64,000 nt of DNA from Lingula anatina (taxonomy: Eukaryota > Animalia > Brachiopoda). Below the pieces are notes generated by a model. That model was not told the DNA's origin, made no database searches, and saw only the letters and a list, made by a program, of their open reading frames with translations. The position numbers and the translations under genes were made by a program. This document shows, in pieces, positions 10,901-23,932 of the stretch; the first letter of the stretch is position 1, and each line of letters opens with the position of its first letter. The stretch lies in assembly GCA_051362555.1 (NCBI GenBank), contig CM120641.1:39438401-39502400 (forward strand). Direction: 5' to 3'.

Positions 10901-13900
10901 GAACTCAACCTGCGTTTTAGCAGGAATGACCACTCCTGTGAGTTTCATGACAATTGGCCCATCTGTTTTTCTTATATTGTGTTTACAGTGTTGCATATAT
11001 GCTGAAAAATGAAAAAACAGCATAACTACTAAAACAGTGGCCCGATCATGCTGATTTTCGAACTTGACCTGCGTTTTCATAAGACTGATTACTCCTGTGA
11101 GTTTCATGACAACAGGCCTAACGGTTTTCCTTAAAATGTGTTTACAGGGTTGCATATATGCTGAAAAAAGTGAAAAAACAGCATAACTTCCCTTAAAATG
11201 GCCCGATCATGCTGATTTTCGAACTTGACCTGCGTTTTATGAATATTCATCAGCTCTGTAAACATACAGCCAAAAAGTAAAACTGCCTTCCACTTATCAT
11301 GTTTACAATGAAAGTGCACGGCGCCAGCGCCGGCGACAGTGACGGCGGCGACGGCAGATACAGGTGATGGCAATATGTACAGACACATCTGTACATATTT
11401 ACTGTACTGTTTGAGAACAGTAAGTGACATGGTTTTTCTTAAATGGTCATCATGGGAGCAGTGCCCAAAATATTTTTTTTTTTTTCAAATTTTGATGCAA
11501 TATTACATTATGTTTAACAGCATAATGACCATCAATTTTAATAATAAAATATTAGTATCATGGATATTCAGAAAATGTGACTAGCAAAGGTCTTCAGGCC
11601 CATATGGAACTTCAAAGTCACAACTTGAAAATGCCAAAATGTAAACAAGACAGCACTGTTCTGAAATGTTTTTTTTTTTCATTTTTAACAATTTTTTAAA
11701 CATAAAACAAAATTAACAGGTTATTGCCATCTTTATATGATCAACTAAGAAAATTGATGAGATGGGGAAAAATATAAATACAACAGTGTTAAATGTCCAA
11801 TTTCCTCCATTCTGAGATTCTAAACATAGTGAATGATTGCATCTGACAAACTGCAATGATATGAGTTTATTTCCATTTTTGAAACTTTATTACACAATAC
11901 ATGATAACAAGTTTACCATCAGTTTTACATAATCAACTAACAATGTTGTAAAGATACAGGAAATGTCAACCAAACACTTTAACATGTCTTATTAGTTAAA
12001 TAATGAGACTGTTAACATGCCTAAGAATTGAATCTGAGGAAATGTGAAACAAGACAGCACTGTTCTGACATGGGTTTATTTCCATTTTTAACACTTTTTT
12101 TAACATAAAATAAACAGTTTACTGCAATTTTTATATGATCAACTAAGAAAATTGATGAGATGGGGAAAATATCAATAGAATAGTGTTAAATGTCTAATTT
12201 CCTCCATTCTGAGATTCTGAACATAGTGAATGAATAAATCTGACAAACTGCAATGATATGGGTTTATTTCCATTTTTGACACTTTATTACACAATACACG
12301 ATAACAAGTTTACCATCATTTTTACAAAATCAACTAACAATGTTGTAAAGATGCAGGAAATGTCAAACAAACACTTTTACGTATCTTATTAGTTCAATAA
12401 TGAGACTGTAAACATGCCTAAGAGTTGAATCTGAGGAAATGTGAAAAAACAGCATAACTTCTAAAATAATGCCCCGATTATGCTGATTTTCGAACTTAAC
12501 CTCCATTTTAGTAAGATTGACCACTACTGTGAGTTTCATGACAACAGGCCTAACGGTTTTCCTTAAAATGTGTTTACAGGGTTGCATATATGCTGAAAAA
12601 AGTGAAAAAACAGCATAACTTCCCTTAAAATGGCCCGATCATGCTTATTTTCGAACTTGACCTGCGTTTTATGAATATTCATCAGCTCTGTAAATATTAA
12701 GCCAAAAAGTGAAACTGCCTTCCACTTATCGTGTTTACAAGGAAAGTGCACGGCGCCGGCGACGGCATCGGCATCGGCATCGCCATCGGCATCGGCATCG
12801 GCGACGACAGACGCAGGTGATGGCAATATGTACAGACACATCTGTGTCTGTACATAAAAAGTAAATTCGGAATAACAAGAAAGTGAATTCAAACATAGAT
12901 TGTCCTTGTAACAAATGTGTTACCTGAATATTAACCATCCCTTATAAAAGCACTTAAAAATTATGGGTAAATATGATCTTGATACGAGTCATAATAAACT
13001 TGTTTCCTGAATCTACACAATGCAAGTCCCTGTACACAAACTTCGTAAAGTCATTAGCCACATTACCTTATTTATATTTTCTAAGATATTGCCTCTGCCA
13101 AAAATGTCTCACCTCCTAATGCCATTTCTGCTGTGCCAGATAGGCAGATCTGTCCGTGTTTCTCTGGATCAAGTGTGTATACCTGTGTCCTGTCTCCAGT
13201 GGTTTTAAAACCACATGCTTCCTGTGGAAATGAGTAAGGACAATGTAAAGAAACTAAAAAACAGTAAAATAATATATAAAAAATGAAGAGCAGCTTTAAA
13301 ATAAATAACATACACTTACATACATAACAAATAACTGGTTCTAATAAAGTAAAATTATAGAAGTATCACTTATTCACTTTTTTCAATTACTTTAAACATA
13401 CTAATAAAACTTTGTATTTACTCACAATTATGTCTGGATGCAGCATGTCAGGCACAGATATCAGTGTAAAAGACTAGAAAAAAATTAAAACATCCCTTTA
13501 TAAGAAAAGTGGTCAAACGTGCCCAACACTAACACTTAATTTGAAAATTTCTTTAATATCATCTTAATGCCATATAAGAAAACAAAAATACAACACTCAA
13601 AATACACTATTTTAATAACACAATTACTGGAATAAGGTATAAAATTAGTTAGATGACTTCTGAACTTCCGAGATAGCATCCTATTTACCTTATCTTGTCT
13701 GTTCAGTAATTTTGGCACAGTGTATTTTATCAGTGCTTGCTGCATCTGTGCCGCATCACCTTTGAGGTAGTAAGTCCTGTTACCTGTGGTTTGTCCGACA
13801 TTGCTGTCAAAATAAGCCAAGGGTTGTAATTCTCTTTAAGTAACTTTATATATAGCTATGGGGTTTATATGACAACACTTAGCAAATATGAAAATATGAG

Positions 13901-15542
13901 TACTGATGCAATGCAAATAACATGACCATGCTGTAAAATACATAATAGCTAAGAGCTGAATACACAAAAAAAAAAAAAAACTAAACTGTAGAATTTTGAT
14001 ATCAATCATACAAATTCAATTTTCAGTTATCTAATACATACCGCACTTTAAGTAAATCCAACCCAGACTCTGCACTGCATAAATCAATGTGAGATTTGCA
14101 TTTGAAATTGAACTCTTCAAAAAGAAAGAGATAAACATATCAATGTACCAAAAAAAATTTTTTTTTTGAAGTGTTTGGAAATTTGAATATAAGTAAACCT
14201 GTTAAATAATCAGTTTATATTCGAAAATTTTAAAAATTCTTTGAAAAACTTTTCTTTATGTTTTTTATCTTTAAGGATGTATTAATTGGGATATAGTGCA
14301 CATACCTTTTTTCTCTCCACAAAGTTTAACCAATCTTGCTTTAGCCTCGTCACCAATGGGCTATAGATGATAAGAAAATCATAAGATGAGAAATGGGGAA
14401 ATGGCTGTTTTAATTAGATATCTATAAGTCAGTCATGAGCCTAGGTTTAAAAACAAAACTCTGAACCAGATTTTATTGCAGATCTTGACGAATCTCAGGA
14501 ACCATCAGACTTGAATTTAAAGATGTGGAATTTCGCATTTCCATGTGCATGGAAAAAGCTCATGTCTGATAAGTTCAAGTTATTCATATCTATACTATAT
14601 CCATTAAAAAGTTTATCCCTCAAACAATGAATGCTGTAAAGAAATATCTTTTAAATTTTGGGCAGAAAGGTAATTCAACTCACTGAGTCTGGATGGGAAT
14701 TATTGGGTATAGAGGATGCTTCTTTAGTTATACTAGATAGGATGTTCTTCTTTTCTACATCCTAAAATGAAACAGGGTGATACATTAAAAGCTAGTAGCA
14801 ACTTTAAGTCATCACTTTTCTGTCTAAAAATTTGAATTATAAAATAAAACGTAGCAAAGACTACTAAAAAGGACAAGATACCAATAATTTTTGAGTAGTC
14901 ACTTGCTATAAGACAAGCTAAAAATAGTCTTAAAAATGTCACACAAGTTCATCTGGCATTAAAATATAATCTTACGTTTGAGGCTGCTTCATACTGTCTC
15001 TTCAATTCGATCTGAAAGAAGATGGTTACATCTGTTATCTATTCTTTGTTACAAAATGTTAATTAAAAAATTATAACAAACAAAATGTAACACTCTTTCA
15101 CAAATGTCTCATCTAAATCAGTACTTGATTAAACTTTTACATTTAATTCCTTACAATATTAATTATCATGTGAAAAACATACCAAGTGTCCTAAATCAAC
15201 TGATTCACCCTTTCTGTTCATGATGTTCTTCTGAATAATGTCTTTGTTGCAGGGGTCTAATAAATACTCAATGTTTAATTCTGGGGGATTAATGTGAAAG
15301 GAAGTGGGTTTGGAAAGGCATACAGAGTTTGAAAATCCCCTCAATGAATTTTGCAATGTGCCATTCTGTACATTTCTGTGAATGCAATTAGTCCTGTTAA
15401 ACAGAGGATACTGTGTTCCAGGAGGTATCATTCCATGTTGCCGAGTTGATAAGTGTCTGACATAACTGCGGCTAAGATTTAGCAGACTTTGAGATTGCCA
15501 TAGTTTGCATCTAAAATGATGTCCAAATGGTTGACAAATCAT
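7940..15542 (-). CDS. SARS2: Mitochondrial seryl-tRNA synthetase (about 14 coding exons)
   Basis: GT-AG exons encode [14 protein letters not shown] (~14.3-14.7 kb), GNRTYYLKG (~13.78 kb), [12 protein letters not shown] (~13.13 kb), motif 2 [29 protein letters not shown] (~10.2 and 9.5 kb), [33 protein letters not shown] and motif 3 [13 protein letters not shown]. The N-terminus is basic and poor in acidic residues, like a presequence. Stop TAG at 7940-7942; the start ATG at 15542 is less certain. Confidence 0.95.
10547..12860 (-). mobile_element. Non-autonomous Helentron/HINE (DINE-1-like) composite element, copy 1, in a SARS2 intron
   Basis: On the minus strand: ttttt, hairpin tgtacagacac-a-gatgtgtctgtaca, (GCCGAT)n microsatellite, ~159-bp and ~400-bp internal repeats, then 3' subTIR tgtctgtaca, stem-loop cagc-ttt-gctg and cttgttt. 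Same family as 48153-50851. Confidence 0.85.
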
Positions 15543-16268
15543 CTTCTGTTTGCTCTGAAAAGAAACAATATATTCATTCATTATGGAAGTTAGAAGAAGC
15601 TCCAATGTACTGTAATAACATACAAACTGTACCTGCTAAAAACTAAGTTACTCACTACAGAATCAATGACTATCAAGACTAGATTAAATATATTTAAAAT
15701 CAAAGTTACTAACGCAATTATTTTTAATAGTAATACTGTACGTGAAGAGCCAGACTGTGAACCAGATCAGTACATGTAACACGCAGTCAAGATATCGAAG
15801 GATATCGGCTAATCTTAAACGCATAAGAGCAGAAAAGAACGAAATTTATGCCTTAAGTTTCAACAACCATGTTATGTAAACCCTTCCAGCATTCAAACTT
15901 AATAAGCTTGTACTTTTTACAAGAATCAACAAGTAATTGCGCCCTCGATCGTCTCGTCACGTCATTTTTTTCACCTGTCTTGAAAAGTCGGCATGATTTC
16001 AATCTCCTAAAACTAAAGAGCAAGACTGCAGATACGTGCCAAACCTTTTCGGAAATAAAGCATTTTCAGACCGTAACAAATTGATTTGAAAATATATCAG
16101 TAATCTCTTCCTTTTTGTATAGCTGAAAAGAAAACAAAATTTAATTCAGAGGTTAGTAGAATCCTAGATCATTTGCTCCCATCTTGTGACACAAAAGCAT
16201 CACGGGAAAAGTGGCACCACGCGTGTTTGTTTTGACAGGTGTGCTTCCCAGATATCGGTACATAAAAA

Positions 16269-17833
16269 ATGAAGTGGGATTTTGTTCTGTATTTACGAAG
16301 TTGGATAGGGTTCGTAGGACTTATGGCTATTGGAAATACCATTCAGTGCTTTTGGGATCATCAGTTCCTTGCCAGCAGACTGTACAATGGTGCTCCTAGC
16401 TCTGGTACTACTACATGTAGCATTAATATTATTATTTATTATTATTATTATTTATATTGTACATTCGTATTTTACGATGTAAGTAATTTAAAACAGAAGT
16501 TAATAGATAAACAATAAACAGTGTAATTTTAACTCTTTATTCAAGTCGCTACACACGCACTTTGACTTCTTGGCAGATTAGTATACATGTAAGTTGCGAG
16601 TGGGGGGGGGGGAGGAGAGGGAGTGCAGGATACTTTCAGTATTCCAACATTTTGTTAACATTTTTTATGCAAGTTTGTATTTCATGCATTTACTACCACC
16701 CACCCTTGAGTTCGAGCCTATTTCCTGTCCAATCACGTGGTAAAATCCTGAATCCCAGGATGCATAAATATAATATTATAAGGTTTTTATTACGTATTAT
16801 ATTGTAGTAAATGGCCTGGCAGCTCGCTTGTTTGGAGTCTGGACACTTTTGGCTGGCATTCTTAGGATATGGTGTGCAATATTCACATATAATCGACCGT
16901 AAGTACATATAATATAAAATGTTATAAATAAATAGTTCTTTATGTCTAAGTCTTGCTTCTCCTTTCACAAAATATCTCAAGACAACCGAAAGACTTAGCT
17001 AAACCATTGTAACTTAATTGTAATCTGCAAGAAACTGTAGTTCATTTTCCATTTCTTTGGCCTCATTCAGAATGGGGGACTAAGGCCCTATTCAGAACAG
17101 ATGATTTGAGTACTTACTGATGCACCCTCTAAATATGGCGACCACAGATAAAAAGCAATGCCGCTGATTCCTAATGGTCTCCCTGACCCCACACACGCCT
17201 TTAAATGGATTAAATCTCTGCTCCGAGGTTTAATTGCTAGGCATATGTGGAGGCGAGGAGACCATCAGGAATCAGTGTCATCACTTTTGAACTGTGTACT
17301 TTTAATGTATTTTCAGGCTGTATGATTTGACACTGTTCTCCTTTGTCCTAGCCTTCTTGCACTTTTCATCAGAGGTGTTCATCTTTAAAACAGCTCACCT
17401 AAGTGTAGGTGTTATGGCCCCATTAATTATATCTGGTGAGTTTGACCCATGGTACTGATCTATCTTTCTCCTTGTGGGGGCTATTTCAGCACTGTCACAC
17501 ACTTCTAAAATGTTTTGCTTTACAAAATTACATAAAAAGTTTGTGTACTTTTATACAAATGGTTAAGAGATAGTCCAAAGAAATAATATTTTTAATTTTT
17601 GGGTGAAATTTGTCAAGGAAAATAGTAAGTAATTAAACCATGTAAAATGGTGGACATTCAGTGAACCAGATAAATAATTTTCTTCTTCAGGGATTTCATT
17701 TGTATTGATGGCAGCTGGATATGTTCCCATTTTTGGCTCTGCTGTGGAAGAAAGCAAACAAGATGATGCAGAGGAGTTCAAAGACTTTTTGAAAACATTT
17801 AAATCACAGTCAAGAACGAAAAAATCCAGTTGA
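16269..17833 (+). CDS. ERG28: Ergosterol biosynthesis protein 28 homolog (C14orf1), 162 aa
   Basis: Exons 16269-16404, 16808-16898, 17317-17435 and 17691-17833 join in phase: MKWDFVLYLRSWIGFVGLMAIGNTIQCF...VNGLAARLFGVWTLL...LYDLTLFSFVLAFLHFSSEVFIFKTA...TKKSS*. It matches ERG28 motifs and ends in a KKxx ER-retrieval signal. Confidence 0.93.
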
Positions 17834-18765
17834 TATCTGTATATCTAGTCATGACGCATTTTGAACCATTTTGGTGAAAACAGGAATAACCTTGCCTTGC
17901 TGTGATGCCAATGCATAAGGAAGACCAACAGAACAAAAACTTACAAGCTTTACAAGCTATACATTTCATTTATTCTTCTGCTACACGTACCGTGAACTTT
18001 CATTTGGTGCCCTAAAATATGTACATAAATTTCTAAATAATCTAAACAGAAAGTTTATGTGTAAAATTCAATATGCCTTATACTACCTGAGATAACTGCT
18101 GCCTTGGAATAAGAATGATCAGTAATGGATCCAACACTTATAACATTCCTTCGAGAATTGAAGTTTGATCAACTTTTACAAGAATCCCTGTCAAAATGGG
18201 CACATGTAGATGTATGATTATATAATTAATTGAATGTAAATAAATGCCAACTACTGGTTAAATAAAAATAACTATCATTCATTGCATCTTATGCAGTTAT
18301 AGAATATACACAGGTTCATCTTATTTGACAGCCATTCACTCAAGTTAAAACAACCATTTACAAATTATATTTTTATACATCAAATGCAAAAATTCATTAC
18401 AGTAGCATGTCTCACTCCAGTACAAAGCCCTATAATAACTGAATATCAAATGAAATGCTATATTGCAGTCATGGACAAATAAAATATTTCATCAAGTGTT
18501 AAGGTTCCATGTGCCTTTGAGATAAACTTTGTATTGAATCTTCAGAATTGTATGATAAAAAAATATAGATATAAAACTTAATGGACATCAAACAAAAACA
18601 ATACCAAATCCAGAAAATAAACACTCTATTGGAGACCAATAAATGAATGACTTCTTTTAATAAATAATATAAAAATTATTTACCAAAGGTTATATTTCGT
18701 CTTGTTAGAGATCGTTTCTGGACACGTACAAATGAAAAATGAAAAAAGTTGATATTTTATACTTC

Positions 18766-21700
18766 CTACAAGTCAAGAGGAAGATGCAAGTCAAACAAGT
18801 CATTGAAAAAAGATCCCTCATTATCACCACCACCAAATATCAATATTTCTTCCTTGTCTTGGTTTTCATTTTTGTACGGCAAACACTGAATAGTGTGTCC
18901 CACTCTAGCAGGGATACCAAAGTCTATGTTTACACAAGTCCAAGCCATGGTGTCTAAAAATAAATAAAAAAGTAATAAATGTAAAATCAAATAAATGTAT
19001 GGTAAAATTTGTATTTATCATTTTGATCTTATACAAGTATGCAAACACTGGTGAACATCAACACCATTACTATGTGGGAAATGATTACAGCTACAGAGAT
19101 AGATTATTTTAATCAAGGTTAACCCAAATTTATTAATTAACACAAACACCGCAGACCAAGGTGATTCTACAAATTTAGAATGATTGTAAACCACAGAGAC
19201 AAAGTCAGGCAGATTGTAAAACTCACCTAGATTAAAGATGAAGGAATCATCCATGGCATTATTACCATCATAGCCTCCATGAATCAAAACTCTCTTCCCT
19301 GTTAAGGCACAAGCAGCATGCCAACTGCAAGAGGAAATTGCCACATTTACTGGTTAATAACTATATTCCATGGAATTGTATTATTTAACCAAACTTTAAA
19401 TGGTCAGCTAGACCTTGTACAATTGAGAAATCTTTTCACTTAACAACTGGAGTACATACCTTCGTGGAGCTGGTGGAGTGCCATTAACATTGGGCTTGGT
19501 CCATTCAACAAAACCTAAGAAAGCAAATCAAGCATTTATTGTCATTTCATCTATGTAACAAAATGGATTCGACAAATCTTTATCATTAATAAAGTTTTCA
19601 TATTTTCAGTCTTAAGACTCTTAATTTAAGTGTAAATCAAGAGTCTCTACACAGGACTGGGAGTGCAATGCTCTCAAGTTGTAAAATATTTTGCTTATCA
19701 TGTTTTAAACAATATAATAATATAAAGAAAATTGAAGCTGAATCATGTTTTACAAGTTAAAATGTATGGAGCTGCCAATCCTGTAAGAAGCCTGCCCCTT
19801 GCTGTTAGACATCTTACCCATGTCAAGGATATGTACATCACTGAAGCACACTGGGAAATCCCAACCTCCAAATACTACCAGTTGATCTCCAATAATAGTT
19901 GCAGAATGCCTGAAGATGATAGTTGTAAGTTTGCAAATATTGAGCATCATGTAACTTTTTGCCAAAAGTGCTTAAGTATACGATAAAAAAGTGAAATCCA
20001 CAATTCTTGGTTACATCTTACCTGTTTAACCATAATGACAGATAACATCCCTAATAGTTTAATTAATTCATGATTTTTTATATAACATAATAATTCTGAA
20101 AGGAACAAATCTAAATAATCCAACAAAGTCATACCCTGATCTTGGTTCTGGTTTCTCTCCTGTCACTATGGGATTATACCAACTTTCCATGACAGGACTG
20201 AAGATCTCTATCTCATTACTGCTCCCATCTGGTTGTGGGTCTGGTCGAGGGAAAACACCACCAAACATCCACAGTTCATGTCGGTACAGGGTTGCTGTGT
20301 GGTATGCCCTGGTTGGAGCTTTACCATTTGCCTTGAGAAAGAACATTTAAGATTGGATTGATTTGATGGACAGAGATTCAAAAATTAAGTGACAGGTTCT
20401 TTTATCCAAAAATGAAGTAGGCAAGCAAATAAATAATGACCAATAGCACCAAACACTTGTCAGTTCAATATTATTGACCATTAAGAGGAGTTTTAATTAA
20501 AATTTAAGAACGGAGGTGTGACTAAAAAAAAAAAAAGGGACAGTTCCCACATCATATCACAAGTTTTATAATTCTTACCTTTACCAGTTGCCACTTCAAT
20601 TCGTCCAGTTCTAACACATGCACATCACTGAACCATTTGACATTCTTGGACCCACCATATATATAGATGCACCTCATCACAGGGTCATATGTAGCAGTGT
20701 GCCCCATTCTAGCTTCTGGGTTTGGGCCAACAGATGTAGTCTTAAGAGGTCTCCACTGTTTGGTCTCTAATGGTTTTAATGAGTCCCAGTAAGAACAATT
20801 TCAGTTGTGTAATGTAGAAGAAATAATAATTAAGTGAAATGTCATATCTATTTGAAAAATTTTAAGAGCATGTGTACATTATTCTATGGGTCATCACCAG
20901 CTTTGTGACCTGGAGGATGGGTAGCTGATCTTACCAACAGAGCTTTTTCCATAGATCCTGCCCTACATAGCCAACTCGATGTCTATCTTTGAGTATGTTA
21001 GTTTTTATTGTTACCATTTAAAAATGTAAAAGATAACTGGACAACCCTGCATAAAAAATCCCAGTGTGCATACCAAATTTTCCATTTGGCTAAAAATTCA
21101 GAAAGAAACCCCTTTTGAAAAAATTCATTAAATTTTAAAAATTATAATTTGAATTAAAGCTTCACTCCCCAAATTCAAATTATGACCTCAAAAACCCACT
21201 TTTTAAATCTAAATTAAAATTCAATACTTTGAGTGTTGAATAAATTGGGGGATTTAGGGAGAAGTATCAACCAAAACAATCAATGTCCTTCATCTTATAT
21301 TTAACACAACTGCCTTGTCACTTAATACCTGTATGTTTATTATTATTTTATAAAATGATTTACCTGTCTGAAGTTCCCAAATACTGTCCTTGCTCAACAC
21401 TTGTTTGTCACCCTGTCCACCAATGATGATGGCATTTGGTGGCTCTGTGAAGCAGAATGAGTGACCCCATCTTGGACTGGGATGAGGACCTGGTATAATA
21501 TATGCACATAATCATTAACCTGACATACAAGCTTGAAGGTGTATGGATTAATTTTTCAGAACTCGACACCTTGGCAAGTGCTTCATGGCTAGTACTCTCC
21601 AAAACCTTTTAGCACTCGTCAAAATATTTAGGTGCCATGAATACATATATTATAGTATTTTTAATGAAATAGAAGTCCTTTTTATTATGATGTCCCTTTT

Positions 21701-23085
21701 GTAGAACCATGTGATGCCTAAATTGAAAACTGTAATAATTATGAAAATAAAATATATAAGTAGAGAGACACTACACCCCAATGAAGAACTGAACCCACAA
21801 CTTCCTGACCCAGAGCCAAGCACTCTACCATTTGAGCAATACCACCTATTCATGTAGCAGTCCCAGATGCAAAATTTAACCAGTGAGAGACATAGTTTTG
21901 TGCTACGCATGGTTAGAGCATGTAAACAAATATGGCTGTGGTAATTCTAGTTTGAAGTTTCAGAAATCCTCAAAATATGGATAAAAATATCAATATGGCA
22001 TAATGACAGATAGTACGACGAAAATGTAACACACATTTTTACTCCCAGAAAATCCACATTTTAAGACTCAGACAGCACTCGCCAACATGGCGAATCATTT
22101 GTTGCCAGTACTTACCAGTACGGGTTGGCACTTGTTATATTTATTGAGTTGGCTATGTTACTGTTAAAAGATACTGAATAAAATAACTTGTTTATCCAAC
22201 TTTAAAAGAATTTAAAGAAACAAAAAGTCTTACCACCACTTTTACAGGATTTAGCTGATCTGCATACTTTCTGAATTTTCTTTTCAGATTTGGGAGATTC
22301 TTCTGAATGTTCTTTCAGAGAAAAAACATCTTTTAGAGGAGTGATTGCTGTATTAGGTTCAACAGCTGACATATCATCAGCAGAAAGTTTTTTAGTTGAA
22401 GCACTCCTTACTTTTCTCTTGCCTTTTGGTTTCTTGCTATCTTTAATGTTAGGGGTTCTCAACCCAATATTTAATTCCCCTGAATTTTCTTTTCCATGCA
22501 TATCACATGTATCTGAGGACATGTCTTTGTCTTGTTGAAACAACTCCTTTACTCCAGAAATGTCAACTGTAAGTGTTTCCTCTTTGACCAGCGGCTCTTT
22601 GGCTTCATCGGGGCTTTTGAAGAATTCCTTGAGAGTTCTTACACGAGTTGATGGTCTCCGGTTATCTTGTACAGTGGGAGTTGACTTCTCACTGTTCAAC
22701 TTCCTTCTTTTACTATCTTTTACTGGTCTTACTGGACTTGAAGACAGCTCCATCTGTAAAAAAATAACTTTTATAGTAATGACCTTATGTGGACTCAAAG
22801 TAATCACAGAAAGACATTTAAAGGAATTCAAAATAAAATTATTAAAAAAATGTCTAATTGACAGAGAACAATCACAAGTTTTTTTTAGCCAAACATTTGC
22901 ATACAATGTAGATCACAGTTCATAGCTTGTTGGGATGTAAGATATGCTTGCATGTGCAGTACTATTATAGTAGGCACTGGCTGCCAGTCCACTTGCTAAT
23001 GTACATGTACATTGTACTAGTACTAGTACTGTACCTCTTTCAGCACAGGAGTAACCTCTTGATGGTCTTTTAAATTGCTCTCCAT
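18766..23085 (-). CDS. Kelch-repeat (beta-propeller) protein with a long charged, low-complexity N-terminus
   Basis: Exons ~23085-23035, 22753-22234, 21489-21364, 20766-20579, 20331-20135, 19908-19818, 19514-19460, 19325-19227 and 18953-18766. Six kelch blades: PSPRWGHS, PEARMGHTA, PTRAYHTA, PEPRSGHSA, PAPRSWHAA, PARVGHT, each followed by GG. RABEPK/KLHDC-like, but the ortholog is not identified. Confidence 0.88.
21776..21846 (-). pseudogene. Degenerate tRNA-like sequence (pseudo-tRNA or SINE head)
   Basis: The minus strand reads ggtggtattgctcaaatggtagagtgcttggctctgggtcaggaagttgtgggttcagttcttc. It has an A-box-like gctcaaatggtagag, a B-box-like ggttcagttc and a weak anticodon arm (CTG), but the acceptor stem does not pair. 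Confidence 0.5.
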
Positions 23086-23932
23086 GGAGGTAGATGTTAC
23101 AGCACTGAAATAATGATATCACTAAGAGTAATAATTAAATGGGAAGGCAGAAAATACAGCTTACAGTGCACTGGCCTATTAATTCAACCTATTTTTTCTG
23201 AATATTCAAACAGATATACAGGATGCGTGATCAAATATTTGTCATCTTTAGGTCGTAGCTCTATGTTGTTAACTTTAATGCTTTACTAGCACCGCTAGAG
23301 TATGATTATTACTGCTACACCCCTTCCAATCTGTATATCATTCAAATTATCACGACCCACAATGAAGGTGAACTGCTCACCAAATTGGCGGTTTACTTAA
23401 CAGGTCACGAAAAGTGAAATCAATAAAATCATGTGCACGTAATCTAACCTCAACTTAGCGCAAATGCGCTCACTGTCAATGATTAAAGTATCATTTCCGT
23501 ACAAATTACTAAAGTAAACGAATGTATACATGTATATCTTACCTTGCAGTTGTAAATGGCGCGCACCGGCGGGTTTCCCGATGGTTGAGTTTATTTCTAA
23601 AAGGGGTTTAAGGTTATATCCATATCTTTAACTTTTTCCATTGAAATGTTTTGATGGGTAGGTTATGTTCTCTTTGCTGTAAACATACATCAAGTATTAT
23701 GGATAAAGGGAAAAACAATGTATATCTCAATATACCTGATAATAATATTTATAAAGTATTGTGGACAATTTTTGCCACTTCCCCCCTCTCCCACTTTTGT
23801 GTTCTGTGGCTGAGCCTCTGTTTCACCTTATACATAACTTCGGTCAAATCGACCTTATCAATATAGGCAACCATTCGGTAATTTTGCTTACTCATACCTG
23901 GAAAACAACATTTGAGGTGCAACGTTCTAGTG

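Noticed and set aside
20883-20955. Small multibranch fold in a kelch-gene intron
   Set aside because: The stems are only 5-7 bp and match no tRNA, snoRNA or ribozyme consensus, so chance is a sufficient explanation.
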